From: a virus
DNA length: 60,190 nt
Strand: one strand, 5' to 3'
IMG/VR virus record: IMGVR_UViG_3300049448_000391
Under the pieces are notes generated by a model. The model made no database searches. It had not been told where the DNA came from and saw only the letters and a list, made by a program, of their open reading frames with translations. Positions 7,899 through 18,149 of the stretch are shown piece after piece; position 1 is the first letter of the stretch, and the number at the start of each line of letters is the position of its first letter. The position numbers and the translations under genes were made by a program.

Positions 7899-8372
7899 AT
7901 GCGTGGTTCACGCACGCCGGAGGCGACGAAGCTCAAGTTTCGTGCGGCCTACATCGAGCACAAGAACGTCAGCGCTGCGGCTCGGGCGGTCGGCATCCCG
8001 ACGAGCACGGCGTTCGACCTGGTCGACGAGGCTGAGGCTGATCCCGCGTTCGTCGAAGCTCGGGAAAAGATCCGTGCCCGAGTAATGCCTCAGCTCGAGG
8101 ACCGCCTCCTCGACATGGCGGCAACGATCCACGAGCGCATCCACGCGCCGGATCCGACGCCGAAGCAGCTCGCCGCGATCGCAGTCGACAGCGGCCTGAA
8201 GAGCTTCAGCTACCAGAATCCGAAGCCGCAGTACTTCAAGGGCTTCGTCGATCTCTACAAGGCCATCGGCGGCGCTCGCAAAGGCGAAGGCGGACCGCTC
8301 GACAACGGCCCCTCGGTCGTCGTGAATCTCACGGTCGGCAAGTCGGAGAAGCCGACGCCCGATGGCGCTTGA
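7899..8372 (+). CDS. terS: Terminase small subunit (putative)
   Basis: GGGGGAAGGAG SD; N-terminal HTH NVSAAARAVGIPTSTAFDLV; directly upstream of and overlapping terL. Confidence 0.55.
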   Translation: MRGSRTPEATKLKFRAAYIEHKNVSAAARAVGIPTSTAFDLVDEAEADPAFVEAREKIRARVMPQLEDRLLDMAATIHERIHAPDPTPKQLAAIAVDSGLKSFSYQNPKPQYFKGFVDLYKAIGGARKGEGGPLDNGPSVVVNLTVGKSEKPTPDGA

Positions 8373-9618
8373 GTTCGCGCTCGACGAGCACCAGTCGCGA
8401 GCGTTTCGGATGGTGCGACCCGGCGTGGTCTGCACGTTCCCGCTCGGCCGCGGCTCTGGCAAAACCTTTCTCGCTCGAGCGCTGATCCACACGGGCGGCC
8501 TCAATCAGCCGGGCGCGCACGTCGGGCTGATCATGCCGTCGCTGAAGCAGGCGCGGCAGGTGTTTTGGCCGGCGCTCCTCGAGGACTTCGAAGGGCCGCT
8601 GCGAGGCGCGCTCCGCGGAGCACCGAACAAGACCGAGCTGACCGTCACCTACCGGAACGGCTCGCGCTTCACGACCTGGGGCACCGAGAACGCCGGCGGC
8701 ATCCGCGGCCAGCGCTTCACGCGGATCATCCAGGACGAGACGGACCTCATCGACCCCTCGGTCGAGCACGCGGTCATCACGCCGACGTTCTCGCGGGTCG
8801 GCCGGAACTTCGAACACGCGAAGTTCGGCACGCCTCTCCGCGGTCGCTACGGCTCGCTCTACTCGACGTATTCGCTAATCGCGAAAGGCGAACCGGGCTT
8901 CGACGGCTTCCGGCTCCGGAGTGACGAGAGCCCGCAGGTCGACCAGGAATGGCTCGCTCGGATCAAGGCGACGACGCCGAAGGCGATCTACGAGCGCGAG
9001 TACAACTGCAACTTCGAGAGCGGCGAAGGCCTCGTTTACGACTTCGACGAGGACTTCCACGTCCGAGTCCCCGAGCCGCACCTCCGATTCTCCGCGCACC
9101 TCGTCGGTGTCGACCACGGCTGGACGGACGCCGGCGTCTTTCTCCTGATCGGCATTGCCGGCCACGGCCTCGACGCGACGGCCTGGGTGCTCCGCGAGAT
9201 CTATGTGCCCGAGAAACCGGGCTCGTGGTGGGACGAGCAAGCGACGCAGTTCCAGGGCGCGCAGTTCTGGTGCGACCCGTCGCGGCCGGACCGAATCAAA
9301 GACTTGATGTCGCGCGGTGGCGTGACTGCACGCGGCGCCGACAACGACATCGCCGCCGGCGTCGCTCGCGTCGCCGAGATGCTCTTCCGGCGCGAGACCG
9401 AGGCGGGCCCGTTCGCTCGGCTCTACGTGCACCCGGACTGCGTGAACACGATCCGCGAGTTCAAGAGCTACCGGCGACGCAAAGACCCCAAGCAGGCGGA
9501 CCGGTTCACCGACGACATCGAGGACCGGAACAACCACGCGATGGACGCGCTCCGCTACGCCATCGTGATGCGCTTCGGGCGCCTCTCGACGGGCAAGACG
9601 ATTGTCAGCGGCGCGTGA
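8362..9618 (+). CDS. terL: Terminase large subunit
   Basis: Walker A GRGSGKT, Walker B-like IIQDETD, 418 aa, followed by the portal gene. Confidence 0.85.
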   Translation: MALEFALDEHQSRAFRMVRPGVVCTFPLGRGSGKTFLARALIHTGGLNQPGAHVGLIMPSLKQARQVFWPALLEDFEGPLRGALRGAPNKTELTVTYRNGSRFTTWGTENAGGIRGQRFTRIIQDETDLIDPSVEHAVITPTFSRVGRNFEHAKFGTPLRGRYGSLYSTYSLIAKGEPGFDGFRLRSDESPQVDQEWLARIKATTPKAIYEREYNCNFESGEGLVYDFDEDFHVRVPEPHLRFSAHLVGVDHGWTDAGVFLLIGIAGHGLDATAWVLREIYVPEKPGSWWDEQATQFQGAQFWCDPSRPDRIKDLMSRGGVTARGADNDIAAGVARVAEMLFRRETEAGPFARLYVHPDCVNTIREFKSYRRRKDPKQADRFTDDIEDRNNHAMDALRYAIVMRFGRLSTGKTIVSGA

Positions 9619-9624
9619 GAAACC

Positions 9625-11382
9625 ATGGCCCAGCAGCGCCCCGAAGGTGAAGCGGCGGCGCTGAAGGCGCTCACGCAATACCAAGATCCGCGCTTCCAGG
9701 CGCTGGACAGGCTCGAGCGCTACGTCTCGACGACGCAGTACGAGGGCCGAGTCAACTGGTACGACGATTCGAAGCCGCTCTGGGAGCGCGCTCCGTGCAT
9801 CGCCTACCCGATCGTCCAGGCGGCAATCTCGTCGAACGTCGACCTGCTCTTCGGAGACGGCCGATGTCCGACGGTGACGGCGGCGAGCGACCAGAACGAC
9901 GACGAGGCTGCGGCAGACGAGGCGCTCGAGCAACGGTTCGAGGACATCGACCGCGGCGTTGCCGAGCTCATCGAGAAGGCACGGCTCTGGGCAGCCTTCC
10001 GCGAGGCGTACGGCCAAGCGCAGGGCGCGCGCACCGCGGTGTGCATCCTTGGCGTTCGCGACGGCAATCCCTTCGTCGACACCGTCAAGGCGAAATGGTG
10101 CACGCCGAAGCTCGACAACGCGGGCAACGTTCTCAGCATCGAGATCCGCTACTGCTACCTCGACCGAGTGAAGCTCGAGAGCGGCAAGTGGCAGGTTCAA
10201 GCCAAGCTCTATCGCCGCACGATCGACGCGGCGCGGGATGTCACGTACGTTCCGGCGCCGGCAACGCCTGACGGGCGCGAGCCGAAGACCTGGGTCGAGG
10301 ACGCTGCGCTGACGGTGGCCCACGGCCTCGGGTTCTGCCCGGTCGTCTGGTACGCCTACCGCAAGGGCTGCTCGGCGGTGAACGAGATCGACGGCAAGGC
10401 TCTGCACGAGCACTGCCTCGACGAGATCGAAGCGCACGATATAGCGCTCTCTCAAAGACACACGGCGGCCCTCTTCATGGTGCCGCAGATCTGCGAGATC
10501 GGCGTCACGCCGGGGTACAACCCGACCGACGAAGGGCAGAAGCCCGACCTACTCGGCTCGATGCAAGGCGGCCTGCCGAACGGCGCGGTCGACGGCGTGC
10601 CGAATCAGATCCGCGGGTCGTGGACGAACGGACGGAAGCCCGGCGGCGCCCGCAAGAAGGGCCCCGGCTACGTCTGGCAGTATCCGGTCGACACGAAGGT
10701 CCAGCTCCTGGCGCTCGAGCCGGGCGCCCTCGACGCGCTCGACAAGCATGCGCACGACCTGCGCGTGAAGATCGCCGAGTCGCTCCAGGTCGTCTTCCTC
10801 GATCCGGAGAACCTCAAGTTCGCCGCGAGCGTGAGCGGCAAGGCGCTCCGCATCCTCCGTGAACGGCAGTTCGCGCACAGCGACGTCGACCGCGAAGACA
10901 TCGGCGATGGCCTGGTGCTCCGCGTCCTGAATCTTTTCCTCCGCATGGTGGAGGTCCTCGGCAAGGGAGCCGTCCGGCTCAAGTTCCTCGACAAGCTGCT
11001 CGCGGCGCTCAAAGGTTTCCCGGAGAACGAGCGCCCGAGCCTGTCGTTGGTGTGGCCCGACTACGTGTCGGCCTCGGCAGACGACGAGCTCAAGACGGTG
11101 CAGCTCGTCGCGGCGGCGAAGGTCGCAGGGATCCTTCCGCGCCACACGCTGGTCGAGAAGCTCGTCGGCGTGTTCAGCATCGAGAACGTGAACGCGCTCC
11201 TCGCCGAACTCGACGACGAGAACGCCGAGGACGCGAAGAGACAAGGGGCGCTCGAGCACGCGCTGAACCGAGTTGCTGCGACAGGAACAGGCGGAACTCC
11301 TCAGGGCGGAGGGGCGGACGAAGCGCCGGCTGGAATCGGCGCTCGCTCTGGCACTCCTGTGGCCCCGGCGACGGCCGCCTGA
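9625..11382 (+). CDS. Portal protein
   Basis: 585 aa immediately after terL and before an SPP1-gp7/Mu-F-type gene; Ala/Gly-rich acidic C-terminus. Confidence 0.7.
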   Translation: MAQQRPEGEAAALKALTQYQDPRFQALDRLERYVSTTQYEGRVNWYDDSKPLWERAPCIAYPIVQAAISSNVDLLFGDGRCPTVTAASDQNDDEAAADEALEQRFEDIDRGVAELIEKARLWAAFREAYGQAQGARTAVCILGVRDGNPFVDTVKAKWCTPKLDNAGNVLSIEIRYCYLDRVKLESGKWQVQAKLYRRTIDAARDVTYVPAPATPDGREPKTWVEDAALTVAHGLGFCPVVWYAYRKGCSAVNEIDGKALHEHCLDEIEAHDIALSQRHTAALFMVPQICEIGVTPGYNPTDEGQKPDLLGSMQGGLPNGAVDGVPNQIRGSWTNGRKPGGARKKGPGYVWQYPVDTKVQLLALEPGALDALDKHAHDLRVKIAESLQVVFLDPENLKFAASVSGKALRILRERQFAHSDVDREDIGDGLVLRVLNLFLRMVEVLGKGAVRLKFLDKLLAALKGFPENERPSLSLVWPDYVSASADDELKTVQLVAAAKVAGILPRHTLVEKLVGVFSIENVNALLAELDDENAEDAKRQGALEHALNRVAATGTGGTPQGGGADEAPAGIGARSGTPVAPATAA

Positions 11383-11821
11383 CGAGGTCGCTCGCATCAT
11401 CCTGCTCTCGAGGCAGGACGCAGCGGACGCGGGAGCAAGACTCGCAACACGGGCCGCTCGCATCGAGCAGCCCGTCGCCTACTCGCTCCGCGCTCAGTAC
11501 GAGCAGTTCCGAGCCGACCGCGCCGCGAAGGCGCTGACTGAGAATCTCCAACGCGAGGGCTACATCGCCCGCCGCGTGGCGGTAACGGCGACGTCGGAAA
11601 CGGCGGACGCCTTCAGCCGCGGCGCGACCCAGCAGGCCGTCGCGATCGAACGCGACACGGGCGTGATGCTCTGGCGCCGGTGGGTCTGCGAAGGCGTGCA
11701 CCCGTGCGACCTCTGCGAAGCCCACGACGGCGAGCGGGTCCGCGCGAACGAAGACTTCAACGACGGTGACGAGCCCGGGATGCACCCGAGCTGTCGGTGC
11801 GTGGTCGTGATCGAAACCTGA
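11273..11821 (+). CDS. Head morphogenesis protein (SPP1 gp7 / Mu gpF type)
   Basis: C-terminal DGDEPGMHPSCRCVVV (HP.CRC signature); the first ~110 nt overlap the portal ORF, so the true start may be later. Confidence 0.7.
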   Translation: MLRQEQAELLRAEGRTKRRLESALALALLWPRRRPPDEVARIILLSRQDAADAGARLATRAARIEQPVAYSLRAQYEQFRADRAAKALTENLQREGYIARRVAVTATSETADAFSRGATQQAVAIERDTGVMLWRRWVCEGVHPCDLCEAHDGERVRANEDFNDGDEPGMHPSCRCVVVIET

Positions 11822-11824
11822 ACG

Positions 11825-12298
11825 ATGTACCGCCGACAACTCCTCCATATTTTCTCGGGGACAACCCTGAACGCGCCGGGCACGGCTGTGCTTGGCACGG
11901 TGGCCATGGGCCTGTCTCAGTGGGACTGGTTCCAGATCGACGCGCAGCTGCTCGGCGCAGCGGGCGGCCCGCTCGACATCTGCCTGCAGCGGCGCATCGA
12001 GGTCACTGACGACCAGGGCAACGCGATCGACTTCTGGTTCGACTGGCTGCACTTCACGCAGCTCGCAGCTGCCGCTCCCGCAGTCAGCTATTCCGCGCAG
12101 AGCGGCGTCAGCAACACGATCTTCACGGTCGGCTCTGTCGTGACGGCCTCCCCGGTTCTTCCGACGCTTGCCGCCGGCAGTTTCGTCGGAGGGCATCCTG
12201 GCGACGCCGTGCGCGCGATTGCGACGGCTGGCGCAAGCACCTCTGCCGGCGCTGCGCAGAAGATTTACATCACCGGCTGGCGGCACAGCGAAGCATGA
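11825..12298 (+). CDS. Hypothetical head-module protein
   Basis: 157-aa ORF; its stop overlaps the next start (ATGA at 12295). Confidence 0.55.
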   Translation: MYRRQLLHIFSGTTLNAPGTAVLGTVAMGLSQWDWFQIDAQLLGAAGGPLDICLQRRIEVTDDQGNAIDFWFDWLHFTQLAAAAPAVSYSAQSGVSNTIFTVGSVVTASPVLPTLAAGSFVGGHPGDAVRAIATAGASTSAGAAQKIYITGWRHSEA

Positions 12299-12636
12299 GC
12301 ACGATCCAGCTCCGCGGAGACGGGTCGTGCGTCGAAGTGCACCCCGACGGCACCGTCACGGCGCTCCCGATCGCCGGACTCGTGGCGCCGGCGCCTGCTT
12401 CTGCGCCGTCGGCAACGAGCACCGCGCCGCTCCCGAGCAAGACGCACCCCGCGAAGCCGACGAAGCGCACGACGCGCTCCATCGTCGCCGAGCTCCGCGC
12501 ACGCCTCAAAGAGGTCGAGCGCGAGATCCGACTCCGCGAGTCGCTCGAGGCCGAGCGCTCGCAAATCAAACGACTCATCGACGCGGCGACCGGCAAGACG
12601 CCGGCGCCAGTCCGAACCATCGCCCGCACGGGCTGA
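12295..12636 (+). CDS. Hypothetical head-module protein
   Basis: 113 aa; Pro/Ala linker then a charged helix. Confidence 0.5.
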   Translation: MSTIQLRGDGSCVEVHPDGTVTALPIAGLVAPAPASAPSATSTAPLPSKTHPAKPTKRTTRSIVAELRARLKEVEREIRLRESLEAERSQIKRLIDAATGKTPAPVRTIARTG

Positions 12637-12654
12637 CAACGGAGATCCAGGACC

Positions 12655-13062
12655 ATGGCCAACCAAATCGGCACGCTGCAGGGCTGCGAGTGCGTTCTCA
12701 AGGGCAACTCTGGCTTCGGCTCCTCGGGCGCCCCGGCGCGCGAGATGTGGAGACTGACCTACAGCTGGCCGGCGTACACCGGCGCATCGGATACCGCGCA
12801 GGTGTCCGGCGTCGTCGCGGCGATCAACGCGAAGGCGCGTGACGGCAAGACGCGCACGCTCCGCGGAGGTTTCCCTGGGCCTGCCGGCTACGACACTGCC
12901 GCCCAGGCCGTCTACATGACGGGCACTGCCGCGCAGGTTCTGACCGTCTCGACGAACGATCTCACTGGGCAGCTGTCCGACAACACGGGCGCTGAGCTCG
13001 CGACCACCACGGTGGTCAACGGCGTCTCGGTGCTCGTGTTCGTGGACGTAAACATCCTCTGA
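12655..13062 (+). CDS. Hypothetical virion protein (decoration-like position)
   Basis: 135 aa; AGGA-type SD; followed by a perfect stem-loop. Confidence 0.55.
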   Translation: MANQIGTLQGCECVLKGNSGFGSSGAPAREMWRLTYSWPAYTGASDTAQVSGVVAAINAKARDGKTRTLRGGFPGPAGYDTAAQAVYMTGTAAQVLTVSTNDLTGQLSDNTGAELATTTVVNGVSVLVFVDVNIL

Positions 13063-13076
13063 TCGCTTCGGCGATC
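13061..13076 (+). terminator. Stem-loop GATCGC-TTCG-GCGATC after the 12655 gene
   Basis: Perfect 6-bp stem with TTCG tetraloop overlapping the stop codon; no clear U-tract. Confidence 0.35.
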
Positions 13077-13106
13077 GGCTGAAAAGACGCGGCCTCGTGC
13101 CGCCCT

Positions 13107-13137
13107 CCAATACGGGTCGCCGCCGGTAACGGGCGTG
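13107..13137 (+). promoter_or_regulatory. Conserved upstream element, copy E2
   Basis: CCAATACGGGTCGCCGCCGGTAACGGGCGTG, 10 nt before the scaffold-like gene start; matches E1 at 7847-7876. Confidence 0.4.
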
Positions 13138-13147
13138 GGAGGACTGA

Positions 13148-13852
13148 ATGGCTGGAGAAGCACCGGCCGTAGGCGCACCTGCGCCCGCGGCACCTGTTGT
13201 CGAAACGCCCGCGCCCGCTGCTCCGGCAGTCGTCGCGGCACCGCCTGCGGCTCCCGCCGCACCACCGCCTCCGGTTGCTGCAGCACCGGTCGCGCCTGCG
13301 GCGCCGCCTCCGGTTGTCGTCGCGGACAACAGTCCGTGGCTCAGGGGCAGGCTCGAACAGCAGGCGCGCTCGACGATCGCAGAACTGCTCAGGGAGGCCG
13401 GCGCATCGAGCGTCGAAGAAATCAAGGCCGCGATGAAAGCGGCCGAGGACACGAACGCGCTCCGCGCGCGACTCGAGCATCTCGAGGGCGACGCGAAGAC
13501 GAATGCGGATCGGGAGATGGCTGCGCTCACGGAAACGCATCGCGCAGCCGTGACTGGTTTGCTGGGAGATCTAGGTCTCAAGGCGGACGATCCGATTTCG
13601 CAACTGCGCGCGATCGCGAAACTCAGGCCGACGTGGGCAGCGACAACGTCTGTCGCTCCGACGACGACTCCTACTGCACCGGCAGCGCCCGCTTCTCCAG
13701 CAACGACGGCGCCCCCACGCGCCGCGCCTGCTCCGACAACGACAACGCCAGAGGATCACAAGACGATCTGGCGTGACCTGCAGAAGACCGATCCGGTCCG
13801 CGCAGCGAAATACCTCAAGCAACACCAACGACTGATTTTCCCGACGCAGTAG
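13148..13852 (+). CDS. Scaffolding-like protein
   Basis: 234 aa, Ala/Pro-rich ends and a central helical region, directly upstream of the capsid gene. Confidence 0.5.
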   Translation: MAGEAPAVGAPAPAAPVVETPAPAAPAVVAAPPAAPAAPPPPVAAAPVAPAAPPPVVVADNSPWLRGRLEQQARSTIAELLREAGASSVEEIKAAMKAAEDTNALRARLEHLEGDAKTNADREMAALTETHRAAVTGLLGDLGLKADDPISQLRAIAKLRPTWAATTSVAPTTTPTAPAAPASPATTAPPRAAPAPTTTTPEDHKTIWRDLQKTDPVRAAKYLKQHQRLIFPTQ

Positions 13853-13896
13853 CTCGCGATCACCGCGCGCTCTGACATCGGGGGAGGCGAAGCTCC

Positions 13897-14994
13897 ATGG
13901 TTTCTCGACTCACACTGCCCGAGGAATTCTACGACATTGTCTCGGCGGATCTCTTGGTCCAGCCGGAGCCGCAGTACTTCTACTGCAAGCTCTTCCTCGA
14001 AGCCGTCGGTCAAGAACTGACGCCCCCCGACGAGGTCGGTGTTCCCGTTCTCGGTCACCAGGTTGCGGGCCAAGGCGCCAACTACATGGCGCACGAGGAC
14101 ATGCAGCTGATGCTCGCGAACACGCTCCCGCAGGGGCTGTTTGCGACGAAGGTCAACTTCGACGGCGCTCCCGGGCACACGATGCGGTTCAACCGCCCCG
14201 CGTTCCTGAACAGCACGTACACGCAGGCCGTTCGCCGGATCGCGACGAATCAGACCGTCACGACGGTTCCGATCGAGCCCGGCTCCGAGCAGGTGCCGCT
14301 CACGATCCAGCGGTTCGGCGGTCCCTACGACGCCACGAACAACCGCGTCGCGCCGTACCCGATCGACGAGTTCGACGCCTCGATGGGCGTGCACAATCTC
14401 GCGAAGGTCATCGGTCTCCAGCTGAAGCGCGACTTCCACCGCACGGTGGACGCGTTCTGGAACACGCTCTTCGATCTCGCCGCGACGACGGTCTACCCGG
14501 AAGGGTTCGCCGCCGACAACGACATCACCGGCAAGGGCCAGGCGAAGCTCACCTTCGAGCAGATCAACCGCACGGCGAAGGCGATGGACGAGGCCAACCT
14601 CCCCACGCTGCCGGACGGTCGCCGCGTGCTCGTGATGACGCCGACGGGGAAGAAGTACCTGAAGGACGACCCGCAGCTCGCGCGGTACGTGCAGTTCTTC
14701 AAGGACGCGAACCCGATGTTCCCCGGCTACATGGGGAGCACGCCCGAGTTCCACATGTTCTACTCGACGACCCTGAACCAGGTTCAGAACTCGAGCTCGA
14801 TCAACGTCCACTACGCACACGCGATCGCCCCGGGTGCCGCTCTCGCCGGCATGGGCCAGGCGCCGCAGGTGCGGAGCGCGACGGACGACAACTACGGCAT
14901 GACCCCGAAGGTCATCTGGCTCGCGCACCTCGCGCTAGGCCTCGCCGACAACCGCTTCGTGTACTCGGTTCGTTACGGCCAGGACGTGTCGTAA
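13897..14994 (+). CDS. Major capsid protein
   Basis: 365 aa, GGGGGAGG SD, located between the scaffold-like and connector genes. Confidence 0.7.
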   Translation: MVSRLTLPEEFYDIVSADLLVQPEPQYFYCKLFLEAVGQELTPPDEVGVPVLGHQVAGQGANYMAHEDMQLMLANTLPQGLFATKVNFDGAPGHTMRFNRPAFLNSTYTQAVRRIATNQTVTTVPIEPGSEQVPLTIQRFGGPYDATNNRVAPYPIDEFDASMGVHNLAKVIGLQLKRDFHRTVDAFWNTLFDLAATTVYPEGFAADNDITGKGQAKLTFEQINRTAKAMDEANLPTLPDGRRVLVMTPTGKKYLKDDPQLARYVQFFKDANPMFPGYMGSTPEFHMFYSTTLNQVQNSSSINVHYAHAIAPGAALAGMGQAPQVRSATDDNYGMTPKVIWLAHLALGLADNRFVYSVRYGQDVS

Positions 14995-15413
14995 TGGCTC
15001 GCGCACCGGTCAAACTTGCCGGCGGGTCCGGCAACCTCAACACTCTCGTCGCGGGCACGATCACGGGAGGGACGGCGATCACTCGCCAGCTCTTCCGTGC
15101 CGGCTCGCTCTCGGCGGAGTTCGCGCTCACCGCGGCAACGGCGACGATCCAGCTCTTCGCCGTCTGGCAGGTGTCGCACGACAACGTCACCTGGATCACG
15201 ATGGTCCAGGACCAGGCGAACGTCGCGCCCGTCGCCATCACGACCGGCACCGCGGCGATCGTCACGGTCTCCGTGCCCGCTCCCCGCGGGTGCGAAGGCT
15301 ACGAGTACGTGCGTGCGGCCGTGAAAAACACGGTGGCCACCGGCGCAGCCGGCGACCTGTACGCCTTCACGTACGACTTCGAGGCGCGTCAGAGCTTCGA
15401 GAACCAGTACTGA
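14994..15413 (+). CDS. Hypothetical head protein
   Basis: 139 aa; TAATG overlap with the capsid stop. Confidence 0.55.
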   Translation: MARAPVKLAGGSGNLNTLVAGTITGGTAITRQLFRAGSLSAEFALTAATATIQLFAVWQVSHDNVTWITMVQDQANVAPVAITTGTAAIVTVSVPAPRGCEGYEYVRAAVKNTVATGAAGDLYAFTYDFEARQSFENQY

Positions 15414-15425
15414 CGGGAGGCCCTC

Positions 15426-16028
15426 GTGGCTCTCCTCACCTCGGAGATCGCGCGCTGTAAGTTCGAGCTCGGGTACAACGTCCTCACGATCGGGGCTGAA
15501 CCGTTCATCGGCGTCAGCATCGTCTTCGAGGGCGTGATCCAGAACAACGTGTCGGCCGGCGCCGTCACGTCGAGCGCGACGCCAGTCACGGCGGCAACGG
15601 CGGCGACGCCCGTCACGCTCACCCTCGCGGTCGGCACGGGCTTCGCTACCGGGGCCCGCGTCGTCATCGACGTGGACGACCGGCAGGAGGTCGTCACCGC
15701 CGAGCTCGTGGCCGGAACGGCGCTGACCGTGCTCCTCACGAAGGCGCACGCAGGCACCTACCCGGTCACGGTGGACGGCGGCGAGACGATCGTCCGCGAG
15801 TGCCTGCAGCTCATCCGCGTCTACAAGGACGAGCTCGCGCGTACGTTCGGCACGGGCTCGCTCGCGCAGGTCGACGAGATCAAGTTCTTCCAGACGCGCG
15901 GGAACACGGCCTTCGACAACCTCTGCGCTCAGATCGACTGGGCGCGTGACGAGCTCGCGGCCGCGCTCGGAGTCGTGAACCTCCGGAAGATGAAGCGTAG
16001 CGCCGGGTCCTCGATCTCGATGTACTGA
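15426..16028 (+). CDS. Hypothetical head-tail connector-region protein
   Basis: 200 aa, GTG start after GGGAGG. Confidence 0.55.
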   Translation: MALLTSEIARCKFELGYNVLTIGAEPFIGVSIVFEGVIQNNVSAGAVTSSATPVTAATAATPVTLTLAVGTGFATGARVVIDVDDRQEVVTAELVAGTALTVLLTKAHAGTYPVTVDGGETIVRECLQLIRVYKDELARTFGTGSLAQVDEIKFFQTRGNTAFDNLCAQIDWARDELAAALGVVNLRKMKRSAGSSISMY

Positions 16029-16031
16029 GCG

Positions 16032-16490
16032 ATGCCGACCCCCGCCGACATGCGAGAGCGCTTCAAGCGGCTCGTCTGGCGGTACCGGCATATCCCCGGC
16101 GACTACGGCCTGCGTCCGTACACTGTTGACCTCGTCAGCACGACGTGGACGGGCGCGCAAGCCGGCGAAGGCGCGCGCGTCGCGACCACGATTCGGCTTA
16201 CCGAGGCGAACGGCATCGGTCCGAAGGTCCGCTACCTCAAGAGTGAGGAGCTCGCGCTCGGCAATCTGTCGGCGGGCTCGATTGTGATCGGGCCCATCAC
16301 GCCCGACTTCACGCTCGGCGGAACCACGATGGCGGCGCTGATGGCGCAGGCACTCGCCGCCGGCGGCACGTTCCACGTCGTCATCACGGGGCCGCTCGAG
16401 CCGAACGGCACGCGCTTCGTGCCCACGGACTTCGGCGGCGATCACGCGCTCCACTACAGCGTGACCGCGAGTCCTGTCGGGCCGCTATGA
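16032..16490 (+). CDS. Hypothetical connector-region protein
   Basis: 152-aa ORF; its stop overlaps the next start. Confidence 0.55.
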   Translation: MPTPADMRERFKRLVWRYRHIPGDYGLRPYTVDLVSTTWTGAQAGEGARVATTIRLTEANGIGPKVRYLKSEELALGNLSAGSIVIGPITPDFTLGGTTMAALMAQALAAGGTFHVVITGPLEPNGTRFVPTDFGGDHALHYSVTASPVGPL

Positions 16491-17275
16491 CGGATTCCCT
16501 CTTCCAGACGCTCGGCTCGATGCGGTTGCCCACGAAGGCGACCGACGTCGACCCCGTAGCGCTGACGCTCGCCCCGCTCGATCCCGCGCGCGACGCGATG
16601 CTCGCCCTCTTCAAGGCGGCCATCAACGCCGAACTCGGTCCCGCGTGGGCCGTCGTGCAGGCGGCCGAGCCGACGCTTCCGGTCACTCCCGTCGTGGACA
16701 CCTGGCCGGGCGAACCGAGCCCGGAGATCGTCCTCCAGAGGAAGTGCGCATTCCCGTGCTTGTTCCTCGCGCGGAGCGGCGTCGGCAAGATCAACGACTA
16801 CTCGCTCGCGCGAAAGCAGCTCACCCAGAAGTGGGGCCTGCACTACATCATCGCTCCAGTCGAGGTCGGCGACGTCCGCAAGATCGGTGACGTCCTCGTC
16901 CGCGTCGGCGGCGTGATCCTCGCGACGATCGAGCGCGGTGGCCACCCGGCGTACCTGAGCGGCTCGAAAGTGCTCGGCACGGTCGGGCTCTCGATTCTCA
17001 ACCTAGAGACGATCCAGGCCGGGCAAGCGAAGTTCGCGGCGAGCACGCCGGACGTCCAGGCGCCTACCTACCATGCGCTCTCCTGCGAGCTCGAGTCGGT
17101 CGAGATCGCGAGCTGGGTGCCTGGCACAGCGACGCCCTACGGCGGCATGAGCCTCTCGCTCGGCACCGGCAATCAGGACGGCGTGATCGACGCGCTGCTG
17201 AACGTCGACTCCGAAGCACCCATCCAGGCCTTCCCGAAGCTCGACGCGACGGCCGTCGGCAGGACCTTCCCGTGA
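16487..17275 (+). CDS. Hypothetical connector-region protein
   Basis: 262-aa ORF with ATGA overlap. Confidence 0.55.
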   Translation: MTDSLFQTLGSMRLPTKATDVDPVALTLAPLDPARDAMLALFKAAINAELGPAWAVVQAAEPTLPVTPVVDTWPGEPSPEIVLQRKCAFPCLFLARSGVGKINDYSLARKQLTQKWGLHYIIAPVEVGDVRKIGDVLVRVGGVILATIERGGHPAYLSGSKVLGTVGLSILNLETIQAGQAKFAASTPDVQAPTYHALSCELESVEIASWVPGTATPYGGMSLSLGTGNQDGVIDALLNVDSEAPIQAFPKLDATAVGRTFP

Positions 17276-17727
17276 AACTCAACGTCGGCACCCTCCGCGC
17301 CGACCACGACCGCTTTCTCTCCGCGCACTCCGCGATGGTCGCGGGCGTCATGTACGACGCGGGCGTCGTCGCTCTCGCCGAGGTCGCGGTCCACTCAGGA
17401 TTCAAGCCCGAATCGGGCAAGCTCCAGCAGGCCACGACGACGCGCGTGATCCGGACGTCCGGCGGCAAGCTCCTGCGGATCTCGAACGCGCGGCCATACG
17501 CTCGAGCAATCGAACTCGGCGCGAAGCCGCACAAGATCGTCGCTCGCAAGTCGAAGTTCCTTCGGTTCTACGGCAAGGGCGGCGGGCTCACGTTCCGCCG
17601 CTCCGTCAATCATCCGGGTAACCGCCCGTACTGGTTTCTTCGCAACGCGACGCAGGTCGCGGCCTCTCGTGCGGAGCTGATGCTCCTCGCCGGAATGCAA
17701 CGAGTCGCCCGCAACGCGGGCCGCTGA
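17272..17727 (+). CDS. HK97 gp10-like neck/tail-completion protein (putative)
   Basis: 151 aa; ARPYARAIELGAKPH and NHPGNRPYWFL resemble the gp10 family. Confidence 0.45.
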   Translation: MKLNVGTLRADHDRFLSAHSAMVAGVMYDAGVVALAEVAVHSGFKPESGKLQQATTTRVIRTSGGKLLRISNARPYARAIELGAKPHKIVARKSKFLRFYGKGGGLTFRRSVNHPGNRPYWFLRNATQVAASRAELMLLAGMQRVARNAGR

Positions 17728-17786
17728 CGTTCACACACGGGCCTCGCCGGTCCTGAGCGCTTCGGCGCGGGCGGGAGACAATCTCG

Positions 17787-18149
17787 ATGGCACGACTCAA
17801 GTTCGTACCGAAGGCGGGGCTCTGCGTTCCGTATCCGGGACGCGGCGCCGGCGATCTCCACTTCGCGGGCCGCACGGTCGTCAGTGATCCGCTGACGAAG
17901 GCGATCCGGAACGTCGCCGACGAGAATCCTGTCGAGGCCGAAGAGGGCACCGTCGAGGCCGAACGCTTCAAGCAGTTCGTGGTGCGCGACGGCGACATGT
18001 ATCCGTTCGACGAGGCCACGGCGAAGGCTTGCGGCGTTCCGTTCGTTCCTGTCGAGCGCGGCACGGACGGCGAATGGAGCCGTGTGCTGCCGACGAGTCT
18101 CGCGGCCGAAGACGCCAAGTCGAAGTCATCCCGAAAGGCGGCTGAGTAA
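17787..18149 (+). CDS. Hypothetical protein preceding the sheath gene
   Basis: 120 aa; TAATG overlap with the sheath start. Confidence 0.5.
   Translation: MARLKFVPKAGLCVPYPGRGAGDLHFAGRTVVSDPLTKAIRNVADENPVEAEEGTVEAERFKQFVVRDGDMYPFDEATAKACGVPFVPVERGTDGEWSRVLPTSLAAEDAKSKSSRKAAE

Noticed and set aside
8875-10461. 528-aa minus-strand ORF antisense to terL and the portal gene. Similar cases: 12265-13581, 13756-14928, 14973-16454, 18686-19765, 21868-22833 and 39033-40247.
   Set aside because: Arg/Asp/Val-rich nonsense composition, no SD or coupling, and each lies opposite a plus-strand gene with recognisable motifs. These are typical stop-poor antisense frames of very GC-rich DNA.
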